From positions 356,593-420,592 of the forward strand of contig JAAEQR010000142.1 in the NCBI GenBank assembly GCA_024231215.1: a stretch of DNA of 64,000 nucleotides. The letters are read 5' to 3'. Every line of letters begins with the position of its first letter. The stretch's first letter is position 1. Under the pieces are notes generated by a model. That model saw only the letters and a list, made by a program, of their open reading frames with translations. It had not been told where the DNA came from and ran no database searches. The DNA is from PVC group bacterium. GTDB lineage: Bacteria; Omnitrophota; Gorgyraeia; B26-G9. A program made the translations under genes and the position numbers. Below are positions 48,400 through 58,500 of this stretch, in pieces.

Positions 48400-49980
48400 T
48401 CAATTAAGGATTACTTCAACCGCTTTTATCCCGTCAAGGGCCGAAGAAACAATTCCACCGGCATATCCAGCCCCTTCTCCAATCGGGAAAAGCCCTTTTA
48501 CATTACTACAATATCTCTCGTCTCTTGATATCCGGACAGGAGAAGACGTTCTTGTCTCCACCCCGGTCAATACCGCATCCGGGAGGGAAAACCCTCTAAG
48601 CTTCTTATCAAAAGAACCTAACCCTTCTTTTAATGTTTCTATTACAAATTCGGGCAGACATTCATTTAAGTCACCAAGAACAATCCCCGGACAATATGAA
48701 GGTTTAACACTCCCCAACACGGTTGATCTTTTTCCTTTTAAAAAATCACCAACCAGCTGTGCCGGAGCCATAAAATCACCGCCTCCTACCTTAAATGCCA
48801 GCCTTTCCAATTTACGCTGAAACTCAATCCCGGCAAGCGGACCATCTGATCCAAAGTCACCGGGTTTAACCCCGACAACAATTGCGCTGTTTGCATTCTC
48901 TTTATCTCTGGTGAATTCGCTCATTCCATTTGTAACAATACCGCCATTTTCCGAGGCTGAAGCCACAACAGTTCCCCCCGGACACACACAGAATGAATAT
49001 GCCGACCGACCGCTTTTTGAATGATGCACAAGTTTATATTCAGCTGGCCACAGCCGCGGATTATTGAAAAATTTTCCGTATTGCGCTTTATTGATCAGAA
49101 TTTGAGGATGTTCTATTCTAACTCCCACAGAAAACGCCTTTGACTGCATAGCCACACCTTTTTTAAATAATAGCTCAAAGGTACCCCTGGCACTCCCGCC
49201 TAAAGCCAAAATAATTATGTCGGATTGAAACGTCTCCCCTGAGGCGCTAACCACTTCGACAACTTTTTCATTCTCGATTTTAAAATCTGTGATTTTTGTA
49301 TTAAATTTTATTTCTCCGCCTAATGAAATAATCTTCTTTCGTATATTTTTCACAACTTCTCGTAGCTTATCCGTACCAATATGCGGTTTTGCGCTATATA
49401 ATATCTCAGGCGGTGCCCCGGCTTCAACAAATACATCAAAAACTTTTTTTGTCCGCTTATCATTTATCAAAGTATACAGTTTTCCGTCAGAAAAAGTACC
49501 TGCCCCGCCTTCCCCAAACTGGATATTAGACTGTTCATTCAGTTTCCCCTCAGAAAAAAAGCTTTTAACATCTACGGCTCTAGCCTCAACATCTTTTCCC
49601 TGTTCTAAAATTATAGGGGAAGCTCCAGCTTCGGCTAAAAGTAAAGCTGAAAAAAGTCCGGCAGGTCCGGCGCCGATAATAATCGGCCGAGCATTCATCT
49701 TCTTCATTTTTTTCGGAAGATTGTAACCATACGGCTCATAATTCAAAATATTCTTGTTATCAACCTCTACCTTTACAGAAACACTCTCATTCACAGTTAC
49801 AGCAATAGAGTAAACAAAACAAATCCTGTTTTTTGAGCGAGCATCAATAGATTTGCGTTTGATCTGAAATTGTTTAATATCATCGATATTAACTTTTATT
49901 TTTCCTGCAATCTCTTTTTTTAAATCATCCTCAGAATGATCAAAAGGCAGTTTTAAATTTTGAATTAAGAACATACACAC
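48400..49980 (-). CDS. FAD-dependent oxidoreductase (COG2509-like)
   Basis: PIIIGAGPAGLFSALLLAEAG after an N-terminal extension of about 95 aa. Confidence 0.65.
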   Translation of the reverse strand: MCMFLIQNLKLPFDHSEDDLKKEIAGKIKVNIDDIKQFQIKRKSIDARSKNRICFVYSIAVTVNESVSVKVEVDNKNILNYEPYGYNLPKKMKKMNARPIIIGAGPAGLFSALLLAEAGASPIILEQGKDVEARAVDVKSFFSEGKLNEQSNIQFGEGGAGTFSDGKLYTLINDKRTKKVFDVFVEAGAPPEILYSAKPHIGTDKLREVVKNIRKKIISLGGEIKFNTKITDFKIENEKVVEVVSASGETFQSDIIILALGGSARGTFELLFKKGVAMQSKAFSVGVRIEHPQILINKAQYGKFFNNPRLWPAEYKLVHHSKSGRSAYSFCVCPGGTVVASASENGGIVTNGMSEFTRDKENANSAIVVGVKPGDFGSDGPLAGIEFQRKLERLAFKVGGGDFMAPAQLVGDFLKGKRSTVLGSVKPSYCPGIVLGDLNECLPEFVIETLKEGLGSFDKKLRGFSLPDAVLTGVETRTSSPVRISRDERYCSNVKGLFPIGEGAGYAGGIVSSALDGIKAVEVILN

Positions 49981-49983
49981 TCC

Positions 49984-51198
49984 TTAACTTAATCTGCCAG
50001 CTATAAACGCAGTGGTCCAAGCAGCCTGAAAGTTATAACCTCCGGTAATTCCGTCAATATCCATTATTTCTCCGGCAAAATACAGATTCTTACACACTTT
50101 GCTCTGCATGTTGTTAAAATCAATACTGCTTAGACTAATACCGCCACAAGTCACAAACTCTTCTTTAAATGACGTCTTTCCCTTTACTGAATAAACATCA
50201 TTCGTCAATACACGCACCAATTTATTAACTCCCGTCTTTCCAAGCGCTCCCCACTTCTTAACCTTAGGCAAATCAATTTTCTTAAGCAAATAAACCCATA
50301 ATCTTTCCGGCAGCAGATACGGTCTGACATTTGAGAGAATCTTATTTGAATGTTCATTAACAATGCATTCCAACTCATCCAAAACAAGATCATTATTATT
50401 TACATTAACCCAATTCACCTGAACTTTAAATTCATATCCTTTTTCACTTAATAATCTCGCACCAAACGCCGATAATTTCAAAGTCGCCGGTCCGCTCATT
50501 CCCCAATGCGTGATAAGCAAAGAACCTTTGGATTTAAGTTTTGTTCCCTGGATACTTACCAGAGTCTTTTCCACCGCAATTCCCATTAATTTGGTAATTG
50601 ATTCCTTCGGCATATTAAAGGTGAACAAGGAAGGAACCGGATTTGCAATTTCATGGTTTAATTTTTCAAGCCACTCTAAGCCTTTTCGAGTAGGAGAACC
50701 ACCAGTTGCAACAATTACCTTATCAAACACTCTCGGCTCAATTTTTCCATCGATAAAATTTAATTCCAGCTTAGCATCAATCTGCTTAATCTCTTTTATA
50801 CCTCGACTTAATTCGATTTTAATCTTTAATCTTTTTATTTCTTTTAAAAAGCAATCGATTATAGTCTGAGAACTTCCCGACACCGGAAAAACACAATTAT
50901 CAGCTTGAATCACCAAAGGAACGCCTCTAGACTTAAACCATTGCATTGTGTGTTGATTATTAAAAACAAGGAAAGATTTTTTTAAAGCTCTCCCGCCTCG
51001 GGGATAAGCTTCAGCTAGTTCTTTTATAGATGCGCAAGCATTGGTAAGATTACAGCGTCCGCCGCCTGAGACTTTGACTTTGGCTAGGAGATTGCTTGTT
51101 TTTTCAAAAATAACAACTTTAGCATCCGGATAATTCTCCTTTACTGTAATTGCTGAAAAAAAACCAGCTGCCCCGCCTCCGATTATTGCAATTTTCAT
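49984..51198 (-). CDS. HI0933/YhiN-like flavoprotein (aminoacetone-oxidase family)
   Basis: MKIAIIGGGAAGFFSA...ATGGSP...GGYNFQAAW. Confidence 0.7.
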   Translation of the reverse strand: MKIAIIGGGAAGFFSAITVKENYPDAKVVIFEKTSNLLAKVKVSGGGRCNLTNACASIKELAEAYPRGGRALKKSFLVFNNQHTMQWFKSRGVPLVIQADNCVFPVSGSSQTIIDCFLKEIKRLKIKIELSRGIKEIKQIDAKLELNFIDGKIEPRVFDKVIVATGGSPTRKGLEWLEKLNHEIANPVPSLFTFNMPKESITKLMGIAVEKTLVSIQGTKLKSKGSLLITHWGMSGPATLKLSAFGARLLSEKGYEFKVQVNWVNVNNNDLVLDELECIVNEHSNKILSNVRPYLLPERLWVYLLKKIDLPKVKKWGALGKTGVNKLVRVLTNDVYSVKGKTSFKEEFVTCGGISLSSIDFNNMQSKVCKNLYFAGEIMDIDGITGGYNFQAAWTTAFIAGRLS

Positions 51199-51232
51199 TT
51201 TAATCTCTCATAACTTTTATTTATATTGTCTA

Positions 51233-53818
51233 TCACCAGTCAATTGGAAAGTAATCCTTCAAAAACTTCCCACACCAGTGCTTACCGCTATTTATTCCAT
51301 CAAAAAAAGGATCACATACCCGCGCTGCCCCGTCAACAATATCCAAAGGAGGCTGAAAATCATGCAAATCCTGTTTAAGCTTAGATAATTGGGCTGGATC
51401 CTCATCAGTCACCCAGCCGGTATCTATTGCATTTATAAAAATACCATACTCGGCAAACTCACTAGCTGAAGTATGGGTCAACATATTTAGAGCTGCTTTT
51501 GCCATGTTCGTATGCGGATGGCGTTCTCCTTTTTTAAAACGCATAAACTTACCTTCCATAGCTGAAACATTTACAATATGTTTTTGCCCGGTATTATCTT
51601 TTTTCATTAAAGGAGCCAGCTTATTGCATAAGACAAACGGTGCAACCGCATTCACTAATTGTATCTCAAGCATTTCCGTAGTCTGAATCTCCCCCAATCT
51701 AAGTCTCCAGCTATTGGTAATCCTTAAATCCACTTGCTGTAAATCAGCATCCAATTCTCCCTTGGGAAATACAGTTTCTGTAGATAACGTATTATCATAA
51801 GCATAAGGAATCTGAGATAATTTAGCAGACTCTCTTAATCCTATCCCAGGCAATTTCCCATGCCAAGTAACAGGGAGAGCCTTTTCTGATGCCAGCTTAG
51901 GAGTAGTTAAAGACATTAGCTTATTATTACAAATTTGATAATTCTGCATAAGCTTCTGAGCATTTTCAGGAAGCTCATGTAAGGCTTTAGTCTCATTGTG
52001 CATTAAATGGGCGTAGAATCCCGGCGGACGACGTACTGTTTGAGCTGCATTATTGATCAAAAGATCCAATCGATGATAAGTCTGTTCGATATGACTGCAA
52101 AATATTTCCACACTAGGTGTATGCCTTAAATCCAAGCCATAGATATGTAATCGATTCCCCCATTCTTTAAAATCATTTTCTTTAGCATACCTTAAGGCCG
52201 AATCCACAGGAAAACGAGTAGTAGCAATAACCGTAGCGCCAGCCCTTAACATCATTAAGGTTGATTGATAGCCGATTTTCAAGCGAGACCCGGTAATCAA
52301 AGCTACCTGTCCTTGTAAATTTGCACTCTGAAAACGTTTTTGATAGTTCAATTCTGCACACCCAGGACACAAAGCATCATAAAAGAAATGCAGCTGGGTA
52401 TACTCTGCTTTACAAATATAACAATTGCGGGGAGACTTTAATCCCCTAGGTGTCTTTTTAGAATCAGTATTGTCTGTGATCTTTTGCGGAGCCGTAAATA
52501 CTGCTGTCTCTCTGGCCGCGCGAATTCCAGTCGCAGCTCTTGCTTTTCGTTCTGCATTAACAATGTTTTGTTTTTTCATTTTACCGATTGCTTTATTCTG
52601 TTGTTTTATTTGATGCCGAGTAGGACGGGACAGCTGTCCTGCAGTTTTCATCAGTTCAATTTGCTGTGCTTTTGGTAATGCAACAAAATCATCATGATTA
52701 TTTACCAGATGATTAAGTATATTAATACAATGATCTATTTCCTTTGATGAATACTGTTTGTCTTGTTCTTTATTATTTTCTTCTAAGACTTGAACATATC
52801 CTTTTTTTAATTCTTCCCAGGTTAGTGCAGAGAGATCAGGCACAGGCAGCGATGTTTTGAAACACTGTTCTATATGCTCAGCTAGTTCTTTTGGCGTAGA
52901 TCCATAGAGATATTCTTTTGAGAACCATTGGGGATAGCTTAATCGTGCTGGAACTATAGGAACAGCTCCCATCTGCACTCCATCCATTATAGCCAATCCT
53001 TGGAATTCATGGATTGAGGTTGAAACTATCACTTCCCCCTTTTTAAGCCACTTCAGATAATCATCTCTTTTCTGTTCCCCCCAGCAAAGTATTTGCGCAG
53101 CAAACGTTTCTTTTATTTCATTAAATATTTCCGGAGAATTTCTAAACTGCAACCCCATCATTATAAGTTTAAAATCTACTCCCTTAGCTTTTAATATTTT
53201 AAGAGCTTCATAGAAATCTTCCGGGTTTTTATCATATTCCCATCTATGATTCCAGATAATACTATTCTTAATTGTTTCTTCAGTCCGCTCTTCTTGATTA
53301 CAAATAGGCACAGCTAAAGTCCTGCTTTTGATCTTAATATCATCCAAAACACTGACTGGACTAAGATCATTAATTCCTTTGAGCAAACTTATTGCTCCGG
53401 AAAAGAAACTATCCCTGTTATACTCACTATTAAACACCACCCTATCCGCACAAAGCGCCGAATACAAGTTCACCATCATCAGATCTGTACTCGGTTGAGT
53501 TGCATTTTCAGATAAAGGATAATCAAACTGATTTTCATGAAAATAGATGATCTTATATACTTTTCCCAGATGAGGAAACAACCCAATAAGTGCCGCTAAA
53601 TCGACCATAGATGTAGCCAAGATAACATCATAACCCCGCCTGAGAACATCCTGATTATCTCCATACCAGCTAATTCCATTCCCCCTAATCCGCCAATAAA
53701 ACTTTCGAGCTGGTAAAGACAAAAAAGTCCAATCATAATCCCCCAATTTATCTATCAAAAGATTACACCAATAGTTATGACTGTGTGAATTATATGCAGA
53801 TAATAATAGTATTTTCAT
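51233..53818 (-). CDS. fusion protein: N-terminal DUF3524/GT4-like glycosyltransferase plus C-terminal SDR oxidoreductase with CxxC...CxxC knuckle
   Basis: GT-B-like N-terminal half. Linker with CYICKAEY...CPGCAE. SDR Rossmann [30 protein letters not shown] and INNAAQ. 861 aa. Confidence 0.55.
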   Translation of the reverse strand: MKILLLSAYNSHSHNYWCNLLIDKLGDYDWTFLSLPARKFYWRIRGNGISWYGDNQDVLRRGYDVILATSMVDLAALIGLFPHLGKVYKIIYFHENQFDYPLSENATQPSTDLMMVNLYSALCADRVVFNSEYNRDSFFSGAISLLKGINDLSPVSVLDDIKIKSRTLAVPICNQEERTEETIKNSIIWNHRWEYDKNPEDFYEALKILKAKGVDFKLIMMGLQFRNSPEIFNEIKETFAAQILCWGEQKRDDYLKWLKKGEVIVSTSIHEFQGLAIMDGVQMGAVPIVPARLSYPQWFSKEYLYGSTPKELAEHIEQCFKTSLPVPDLSALTWEELKKGYVQVLEENNKEQDKQYSSKEIDHCINILNHLVNNHDDFVALPKAQQIELMKTAGQLSRPTRHQIKQQNKAIGKMKKQNIVNAERKARAATGIRAARETAVFTAPQKITDNTDSKKTPRGLKSPRNCYICKAEYTQLHFFYDALCPGCAELNYQKRFQSANLQGQVALITGSRLKIGYQSTLMMLRAGATVIATTRFPVDSALRYAKENDFKEWGNRLHIYGLDLRHTPSVEIFCSHIEQTYHRLDLLINNAAQTVRRPPGFYAHLMHNETKALHELPENAQKLMQNYQICNNKLMSLTTPKLASEKALPVTWHGKLPGIGLRESAKLSQIPYAYDNTLSTETVFPKGELDADLQQVDLRITNSWRLRLGEIQTTEMLEIQLVNAVAPFVLCNKLAPLMKKDNTGQKHIVNVSAMEGKFMRFKKGERHPHTNMAKAALNMLTHTSASEFAEYGIFINAIDTGWVTDEDPAQLSKLKQDLHDFQPPLDIVDGAARVCDPFFDGINSGKHWCGKFLKDYFPIDW

Positions 53819-53828
53819 AGTATTTGTT

Positions 53829-53887
53829 TTAACCCCGATTTTACCTTAGACGCAGATGAAGAGTGCTAATGCAAATTCTGGGTTTAA
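53829..53887. repeat. MITE-like palindromic element, compact copy (about 59 bp)
   Basis: ttaaccccgattttacctta + gacgcagatgaagagtgcta + atgcaaattctgggtttaa. Aligns at about 37/43 with the left half of the 40.7-kb copy and is identical over the right arm. Ends 11 bp upstream of the GT-SDR ATG. Confidence 0.5.
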
Positions 53888-53952
53888 GTACTAAATATGC
53901 AGGGACAGACTTCTGTGCCTGCCCCTATATATTTAATTATTTTTTTTAATTT

Positions 53953-54405
53953 TTATTTTTCCCAAACTTCTGGGATCATAGTGCCTGGATTGTTAAATTC
54001 TACACGGTAGGGCTCTATAATCATAATTGCATAGCTGGGATCTTCCGGTCCTTTAAAAATAGCTGAAAGCATTTCAAACCAATAATTATTCTTTTCCTGT
54101 TGATCCGTAGTTATTTTTGCTGTTCCCTGGATCTGAATATACGGTTTATTTAAATCTTGAGGATCATTAATCCCAAAAGTTAAATGCACTTCAGGATTTT
54201 TTTCAATCTGTTTAATTTTTCTTGAATCAAGACAAACCGCAGAACGAATATTAAAATCATTATCTGATTGAATCATAATATAACGAGTCCAGGGTTTTCC
54301 ATCCAAAGTTATCGTTGCCATGCTGGATAGTTGCGGTAATTGTAACATTTCAATAACTTTTTGCTTAATCTCTGACATCTCGTTCCTTTCTAGGCCGCGG
54401 GCCAA
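53953..54405 (-). CDS. pyridoxamine-5-prime-phosphate-oxidase-like FMN-binding split-barrel protein
   Basis: 150 aa; general-stress-26-like pattern. Confidence 0.5.
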   Translation of the reverse strand: MARGLERNEMSEIKQKVIEMLQLPQLSSMATITLDGKPWTRYIMIQSDNDFNIRSAVCLDSRKIKQIEKNPEVHLTFGINDPQDLNKPYIQIQGTAKITTDQQEKNNYWFEMLSAIFKGPEDPSYAIMIIEPYRVEFNNPGTMIPEVWEK

Positions 54406-55061
54406 TGGTTACTATGTTTAAATTGCTGATGCGTTGTATCGTCAATATCGTCGTCTGTTCCAGAAACACCATCCGGCCCTGATGACCAAACATGAGGAAT
54501 AAGCATATCATTCCTATTAGGATTTTTATCCAAACGATAATTGTATGGTCTTCCCCAAGGATCTATTATTAAAACTGGTTGCCCCATAAAGTTGGTCTGG
54601 ATCTCTTTTAATCCTTGTTCTTCGGAAGGCCATTCATTATGTTTGTTATAGAACATATCAAGTTCTATTTGGATAACTTTTACCTGAAAACAAGCTTTGT
54701 TATGTCTTTCCAAGCCCCGGAGATAAAAATGATCTTGAAGAAAGAAGAAACAAGGAATAGAAAGTATTACCGCATAAATCGCTAATCCCGCCATCAAATA
54801 CTTGAATTTTCCAGGAAGCTGCAAATCGCGGTATATAACTAAACACTTTATAAATCTAATAAACCCTGCAACTGAAAACCAGCTTACCATGACAGTAAGG
54901 AAAAGACACATCATCAAATGCTCTTCTTGCAAACCATCTGCGGTCATTATACCAAGAACTATCAATATAACAAGAGTAATCATAGGAAACCGCCAAAAAT
55001 TAATAAGCAGCAACCTATTTTTTCCTTCTAAGTCCATACCTCTACCATTAGTATCCATCAC
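54390..55061 (-). CDS. membrane protein with T2SS GspG-like pseudopilin C-terminal domain on a 3-TM anchor
   Basis: DPWGRPYNYRLD...VWSSGPDGVSGTDDDIDD matches the GspG C-terminal signature. No prepilin leader (no G-FTLIE); three TM segments instead. Confidence 0.5.
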   Translation of the reverse strand: MMDTNGRGMDLEGKNRLLLINFWRFPMITLVILIVLGIMTADGLQEEHLMMCLFLTVMVSWFSVAGFIRFIKCLVIYRDLQLPGKFKYLMAGLAIYAVILSIPCFFFLQDHFYLRGLERHNKACFQVKVIQIELDMFYNKHNEWPSEEQGLKEIQTNFMGQPVLIIDPWGRPYNYRLDKNPNRNDMLIPHVWSSGPDGVSGTDDDIDDTTHQQFKHSNHWPAA

Positions 55062-55101
55062 TAGCTCCTAGCTCTCTCCATAGCAAATTGTTAGCATTTT
55101 A

Positions 55102-55863
55102 TTATTTTTCTGCTACTACTAGCATTTCAAAATCATCAGTTGTCAGCTTATCATTTCGGCTGAAAGCACCGAGTTTTGCACCCAATATATCTATAGTTTT
55201 AAAATTCAATGATTTCAATAGCCAGGTTATTTCCGACGGGACATAGAACCTTTCATTGCACTTAAGAGATTTTTTATTTCCAGAGTCATCTATAATCTCT
55301 GTAATGTTATGGTCGCGAAACGTCATCAAATTAAAAGTATTATCTTTATATGCGGCAACACCGTCTTTTTTTTCTGCAGCAAGAAAGTCTTTCACAGAAT
55401 GAAATAACGGGAATAAGCCATTTAGAGTTGTAAATATCAATTTCCCATTGGATTTTAATGCATTGGCAGCATTTTTAAGGATCAGGAAGTTCATCTCGTC
55501 GGTTTCCATCAATGAGAACCCACCCTCGCATAGCATAATTGCTAAATCAAACTCATTTGAAAAATGAGGGTTTCTTGCATCATGCTTTTGGAAGTCAATT
55601 TTAAGTGATTGTGTAGATGCTTTTTCTTTTGCATGCTCCAATTGTGATTCAGATAAATCAATACCAATAACAGAATAGCCCCTTTTAGATAGCTCTATTG
55701 AGTGCCTACCAGTACCACATCCAATATCAAGAATTTTTATTGCTTTATCATGATTGCTCTCTTTTTCTATAAAATCACATTCTCCGATTGTTCCCTTGGT
55801 AAATTCTTCAGCATCGTAAGTTTGAGCGAAATTTTCAAATAATTCTTCATACCATTGTTTCAT
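55102..55863 (-). CDS. class I SAM-dependent methyltransferase
   Basis: ILDIGCGTGRHSIELSKRGYSVIGIDLSE. Confidence 0.7.
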   Translation of the reverse strand: MKQWYEELFENFAQTYDAEEFTKGTIGECDFIEKESNHDKAIKILDIGCGTGRHSIELSKRGYSVIGIDLSESQLEHAKEKASTQSLKIDFQKHDARNPHFSNEFDLAIMLCEGGFSLMETDEMNFLILKNAANALKSNGKLIFTTLNGLFPLFHSVKDFLAAEKKDGVAAYKDNTFNLMTFRDHNITEIIDDSGNKKSLKCNERFYVPSEITWLLKSLNFKTIDILGAKLGAFSRNDKLTTDDFEMLVVAEK

Positions 55864-55981
55864 TTTTTTATCCTTTCCATACTAACATTTGAACTCCACT
55901 GACTGATGAAGCGCCGGTCTTATTTAATTATAAATATTATACTCCTCCCCTCTATCCCTGTCAAAATTATATAAATTTGTT

Positions 55982-56009
55982 TTGAAAAATATACTGTTTG
56001 ACGTATAAT
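55982..56009 (+). promoter_or_regulatory. sigma70-like promoter (TTGAAA, 16-nt spacer, TATAAT), near-leaderless
   Basis: The -10 ends 10 nt before the ATG at 56020, so the predicted 5-prime UTR is only a few nt. Confidence 0.45.
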
Positions 56010-56019
56010 ACTATTAAAA

Positions 56020-57402
56020 ATGACACAGGAAAATCTTAAAACAACCTTCGAACAAGTATTTAGTTTTCGGCTTAACCATAATCAATACAATGAGTTAGAG
56101 CGGATGACACATGAGATATCTCAGCGGGATGGAATCTCTGAAGCCAAACTCATAGATATGCTGAAGTCTGACCAGCGCATTATAGATAGCACCGGCAAGA
56201 ATAAGTTCTCCGCTATAAAACAGCATCTTATCAAACTGCGTTTTCCTCTTACTTGCCAACAGCAAAAAATAAACCCCAAGGATGTGTTTCTCTCTGAACT
56301 TAAAAACCCGCTTAAAGATACTACTGTTTGCACCAAAGAATTTACGCCGGAAAAGATATTTATAGAGAAAAGCGCCCGGGACAGCTACCTGGCAAATAAA
56401 TTTAAAAATTACTTCCCTGACTGCCCTACAGAAGAATTGAATCATACCTGGGAATATATTCAAAAGAATAAATTCTCTCTAAAAGATTTGAAAAAACCTT
56501 TGGTCTTTATTGTAAATGAACATTGGGATTTTATAAAACCCTGCCCCTGCACTAAAAACCATATTGGCTGTAATTACTGGATTTTCAATTTAGGCTTTGG
56601 CTGTCCGTTTGACTGCTCTTACTGCTATCTTCAGCAGTATACTAATTTCCCGGGTACGGTATTGCCGGCAAATTTAGATGATTTTTTCAATAAGTTCGAT
56701 AATTTTTATAAAAAGATCAATCGCCCGATACGTATTGGTACCGGCGAATTTTGCGATTCTCTGGCTTTGGATCATATTACCGGCTATTCCTCTCAATTAA
56801 TAGATTTCTTCCGGGATAAACCGGTATTATTCGAATTAAAGACCAAAAGCGATAATATAGACAATATCCTAAAATGTAAAGGCAGTGAAAATATTATCAT
56901 CTCCTGGTCGCTTAATCCCCAGGAAATTATTAATGATGAAGAATGCTGTGTCGCATCTTTAAAACAGCGACTTAAAGCCGCACAAAAAGTCCGGGATCAG
57001 GAATTTTCTTTGTCATTTCACTTTGACCCGGTCATTCACTCCCCTAACTGGGAAATACTGTATAAAAAGACTATTGATGAATTATACCGCCAACTAAAGC
57101 CTCCGTTTAAGTGGATAAGCATTGGCACCCTGCGCGGCACAAGAAAGCTCAAAAACGCCGCAGAACAGCGCTTTAGCCAAAGTAATATATGGTACGGCGA
57201 GCTTCTCCTGGGTGATGATAAAAAACTGCGTTATCCGAAATTTTTAAGAAAAGATATATATAGTAATATGGTTAAGTGGATCCGAGAGTATGATAAACAT
57301 ACTCCTGTATATCTGTGTATGGAAGATGAAGACTGCTGGGAAGTTATGGATAAGCCTTTGACTTCAGCTAAGCAAGTCGAGTCATATCTGATAGATAAAT
57401 AA
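56020..57402 (+). CDS. radical SAM protein, spore-photoproduct-lyase / DNA-repair-photolyase-like (COG1533)
   Basis: FGCPFDCSYCYLQ (CxxxCxxC followed by Y-L); 460 aa with an N-terminal extension of about 180 aa. Confidence 0.6.
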   Translation: MTQENLKTTFEQVFSFRLNHNQYNELERMTHEISQRDGISEAKLIDMLKSDQRIIDSTGKNKFSAIKQHLIKLRFPLTCQQQKINPKDVFLSELKNPLKDTTVCTKEFTPEKIFIEKSARDSYLANKFKNYFPDCPTEELNHTWEYIQKNKFSLKDLKKPLVFIVNEHWDFIKPCPCTKNHIGCNYWIFNLGFGCPFDCSYCYLQQYTNFPGTVLPANLDDFFNKFDNFYKKINRPIRIGTGEFCDSLALDHITGYSSQLIDFFRDKPVLFELKTKSDNIDNILKCKGSENIIISWSLNPQEIINDEECCVASLKQRLKAAQKVRDQEFSLSFHFDPVIHSPNWEILYKKTIDELYRQLKPPFKWISIGTLRGTRKLKNAAEQRFSQSNIWYGELLLGDDKKLRYPKFLRKDIYSNMVKWIREYDKHTPVYLCMEDEDCWEVMDKPLTSAKQVESYLIDK

Positions 57403-57473
57403 TCTATCAGGAAAATATTTGACATCTTTTTATTTTTGTGTTAGATTATCTTAATGCTATTTTTTATACTATT

Positions 57474-57549
57474 GCCGGGGTAGCTCAGGTGGTAGAGCGA
57501 GGGACTGAAAATCCCTGCGTCGGCGGTCCGACTCCGTCCCCCGGCACCA
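57474..57549 (+). tRNA. tRNA-Phe (anticodon GAA)
   Basis: Cloverleaf by hand: acceptor GCCGGGG/CCCCGGC; D-arm GCUC-AGGUGGUA-GAGC; anticodon arm AGGGA-CUGAAAA-UCCCU; CCA encoded. The T-loop reads UCCGACU (C at position 55). Confidence 0.8.
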
Positions 57550-57554
57550 TAAAA

Positions 57555-57587
57555 CTCTCTTATCTTAATTGATAAGGGAGTTTTTTT
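57555..57587 (+). terminator. Rho-independent terminator after tRNA-Phe
   Basis: 10-bp stem ctctcttatc/gataagggag, loop ttaatt, then TTTTTTT. Confidence 0.6.
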
Positions 57588-57621
57588 ATAGGTAAATATT
57601 TGGTCTTATTAACCAATAGGT

Positions 57622-58485
57622 CTAAATATTCCCCAAATAAACATATTTTAACTTTTTCTTGGCTATATACTCGGCACGTTTTAATGTTTCCAGGGACGTA
57701 GGCGGGATATTAAGCTCAAAACACGGAAAATAGCGGGATAAATGTAAAGGAGTATCTGCGCCGGTGTTTTCAAAAATCCAGTTAGTAAGCCTTTCAAAAT
57801 GCTTGTCTGAATCGTTTACCGTAGGAATAACCAAATTGGTGATTTCAATATGACAGCTCTGTTTTGCCCTTTTAATTGTATTAAATACCGGTTCTATAAT
57901 CGCCTCACACAATGTTTGATAAAATTCATTATCCATACTCTTTAAATCAATATTCATCGCTCCGATATACGGCAGGAGCTCTTCTAAAGGCTCCGGATTT
58001 ACATACCCGTTGGTAACCAGTACATTTTCAATACCTTTGGACTTGGCCAGCTTTGCGGATTCTAAAACAAATTCATACCAGATAAACGGCTCATTATACG
58101 TATAAGCAATCCCGAAAGAATTCATCCTCTCTGCCTCATTAACCAACTGCGCCGGGGTGATATCCTGCAAATATGTGTCCGGGTTTTGGGAAAGATGCCA
58201 ATTTTGACAAAAAGCACAGCGAAAATTACAGCCGCGCGTACCTAAGGAAAGAATAACTTGATTGGAATGGAAATGATATAAAGGTTTTTTTTCGATCGGG
58301 TCTAAGGAAATACCGCTTGTCTTACCGTAAATCAGAGAATACAGCTTACCTTTTATATTACTGCGTGCTTTACAAAACCCTGTCTTGCCTTTGGCTATAA
58401 CACAGTTTTTAGGGCAAAGCACACAACGTACAGTCTGTCTTTTTAGCTTTTCATAATATAGGGCCTCGCGATACTCGCTCTCCAT
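57622..58485 (-). CDS. radical SAM enzyme, AmmeMemoRadiSam-system-like (AmrS-like)
   Basis: N-terminal Cys cluster RCVLCPKNCVIAKGKTGFCKAR preceding GCNFRCAFCQNW and DPIEKKPLYHF; 287 aa. Confidence 0.5.
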   Translation of the reverse strand: MESEYREALYYEKLKRQTVRCVLCPKNCVIAKGKTGFCKARSNIKGKLYSLIYGKTSGISLDPIEKKPLYHFHSNQVILSLGTRGCNFRCAFCQNWHLSQNPDTYLQDITPAQLVNEAERMNSFGIAYTYNEPFIWYEFVLESAKLAKSKGIENVLVTNGYVNPEPLEELLPYIGAMNIDLKSMDNEFYQTLCEAIIEPVFNTIKRAKQSCHIEITNLVIPTVNDSDKHFERLTNWIFENTGADTPLHLSRYFPCFELNIPPTSLETLKRAEYIAKKKLKYVYLGNI

Positions 58486-58500
58486 GATCCCCTATTTCTA

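Noticed and set aside
57622-58485. Second nrd-adjacent radical SAM as a PflA-type glycyl-radical activase
   Set aside because: No second glycyl-radical enzyme is nearby, and the N-terminal CxxCPxxC...C cluster plus DPIEKKPLYHF fits AmrS-type enzymes better. The family assignment is unconfirmed.
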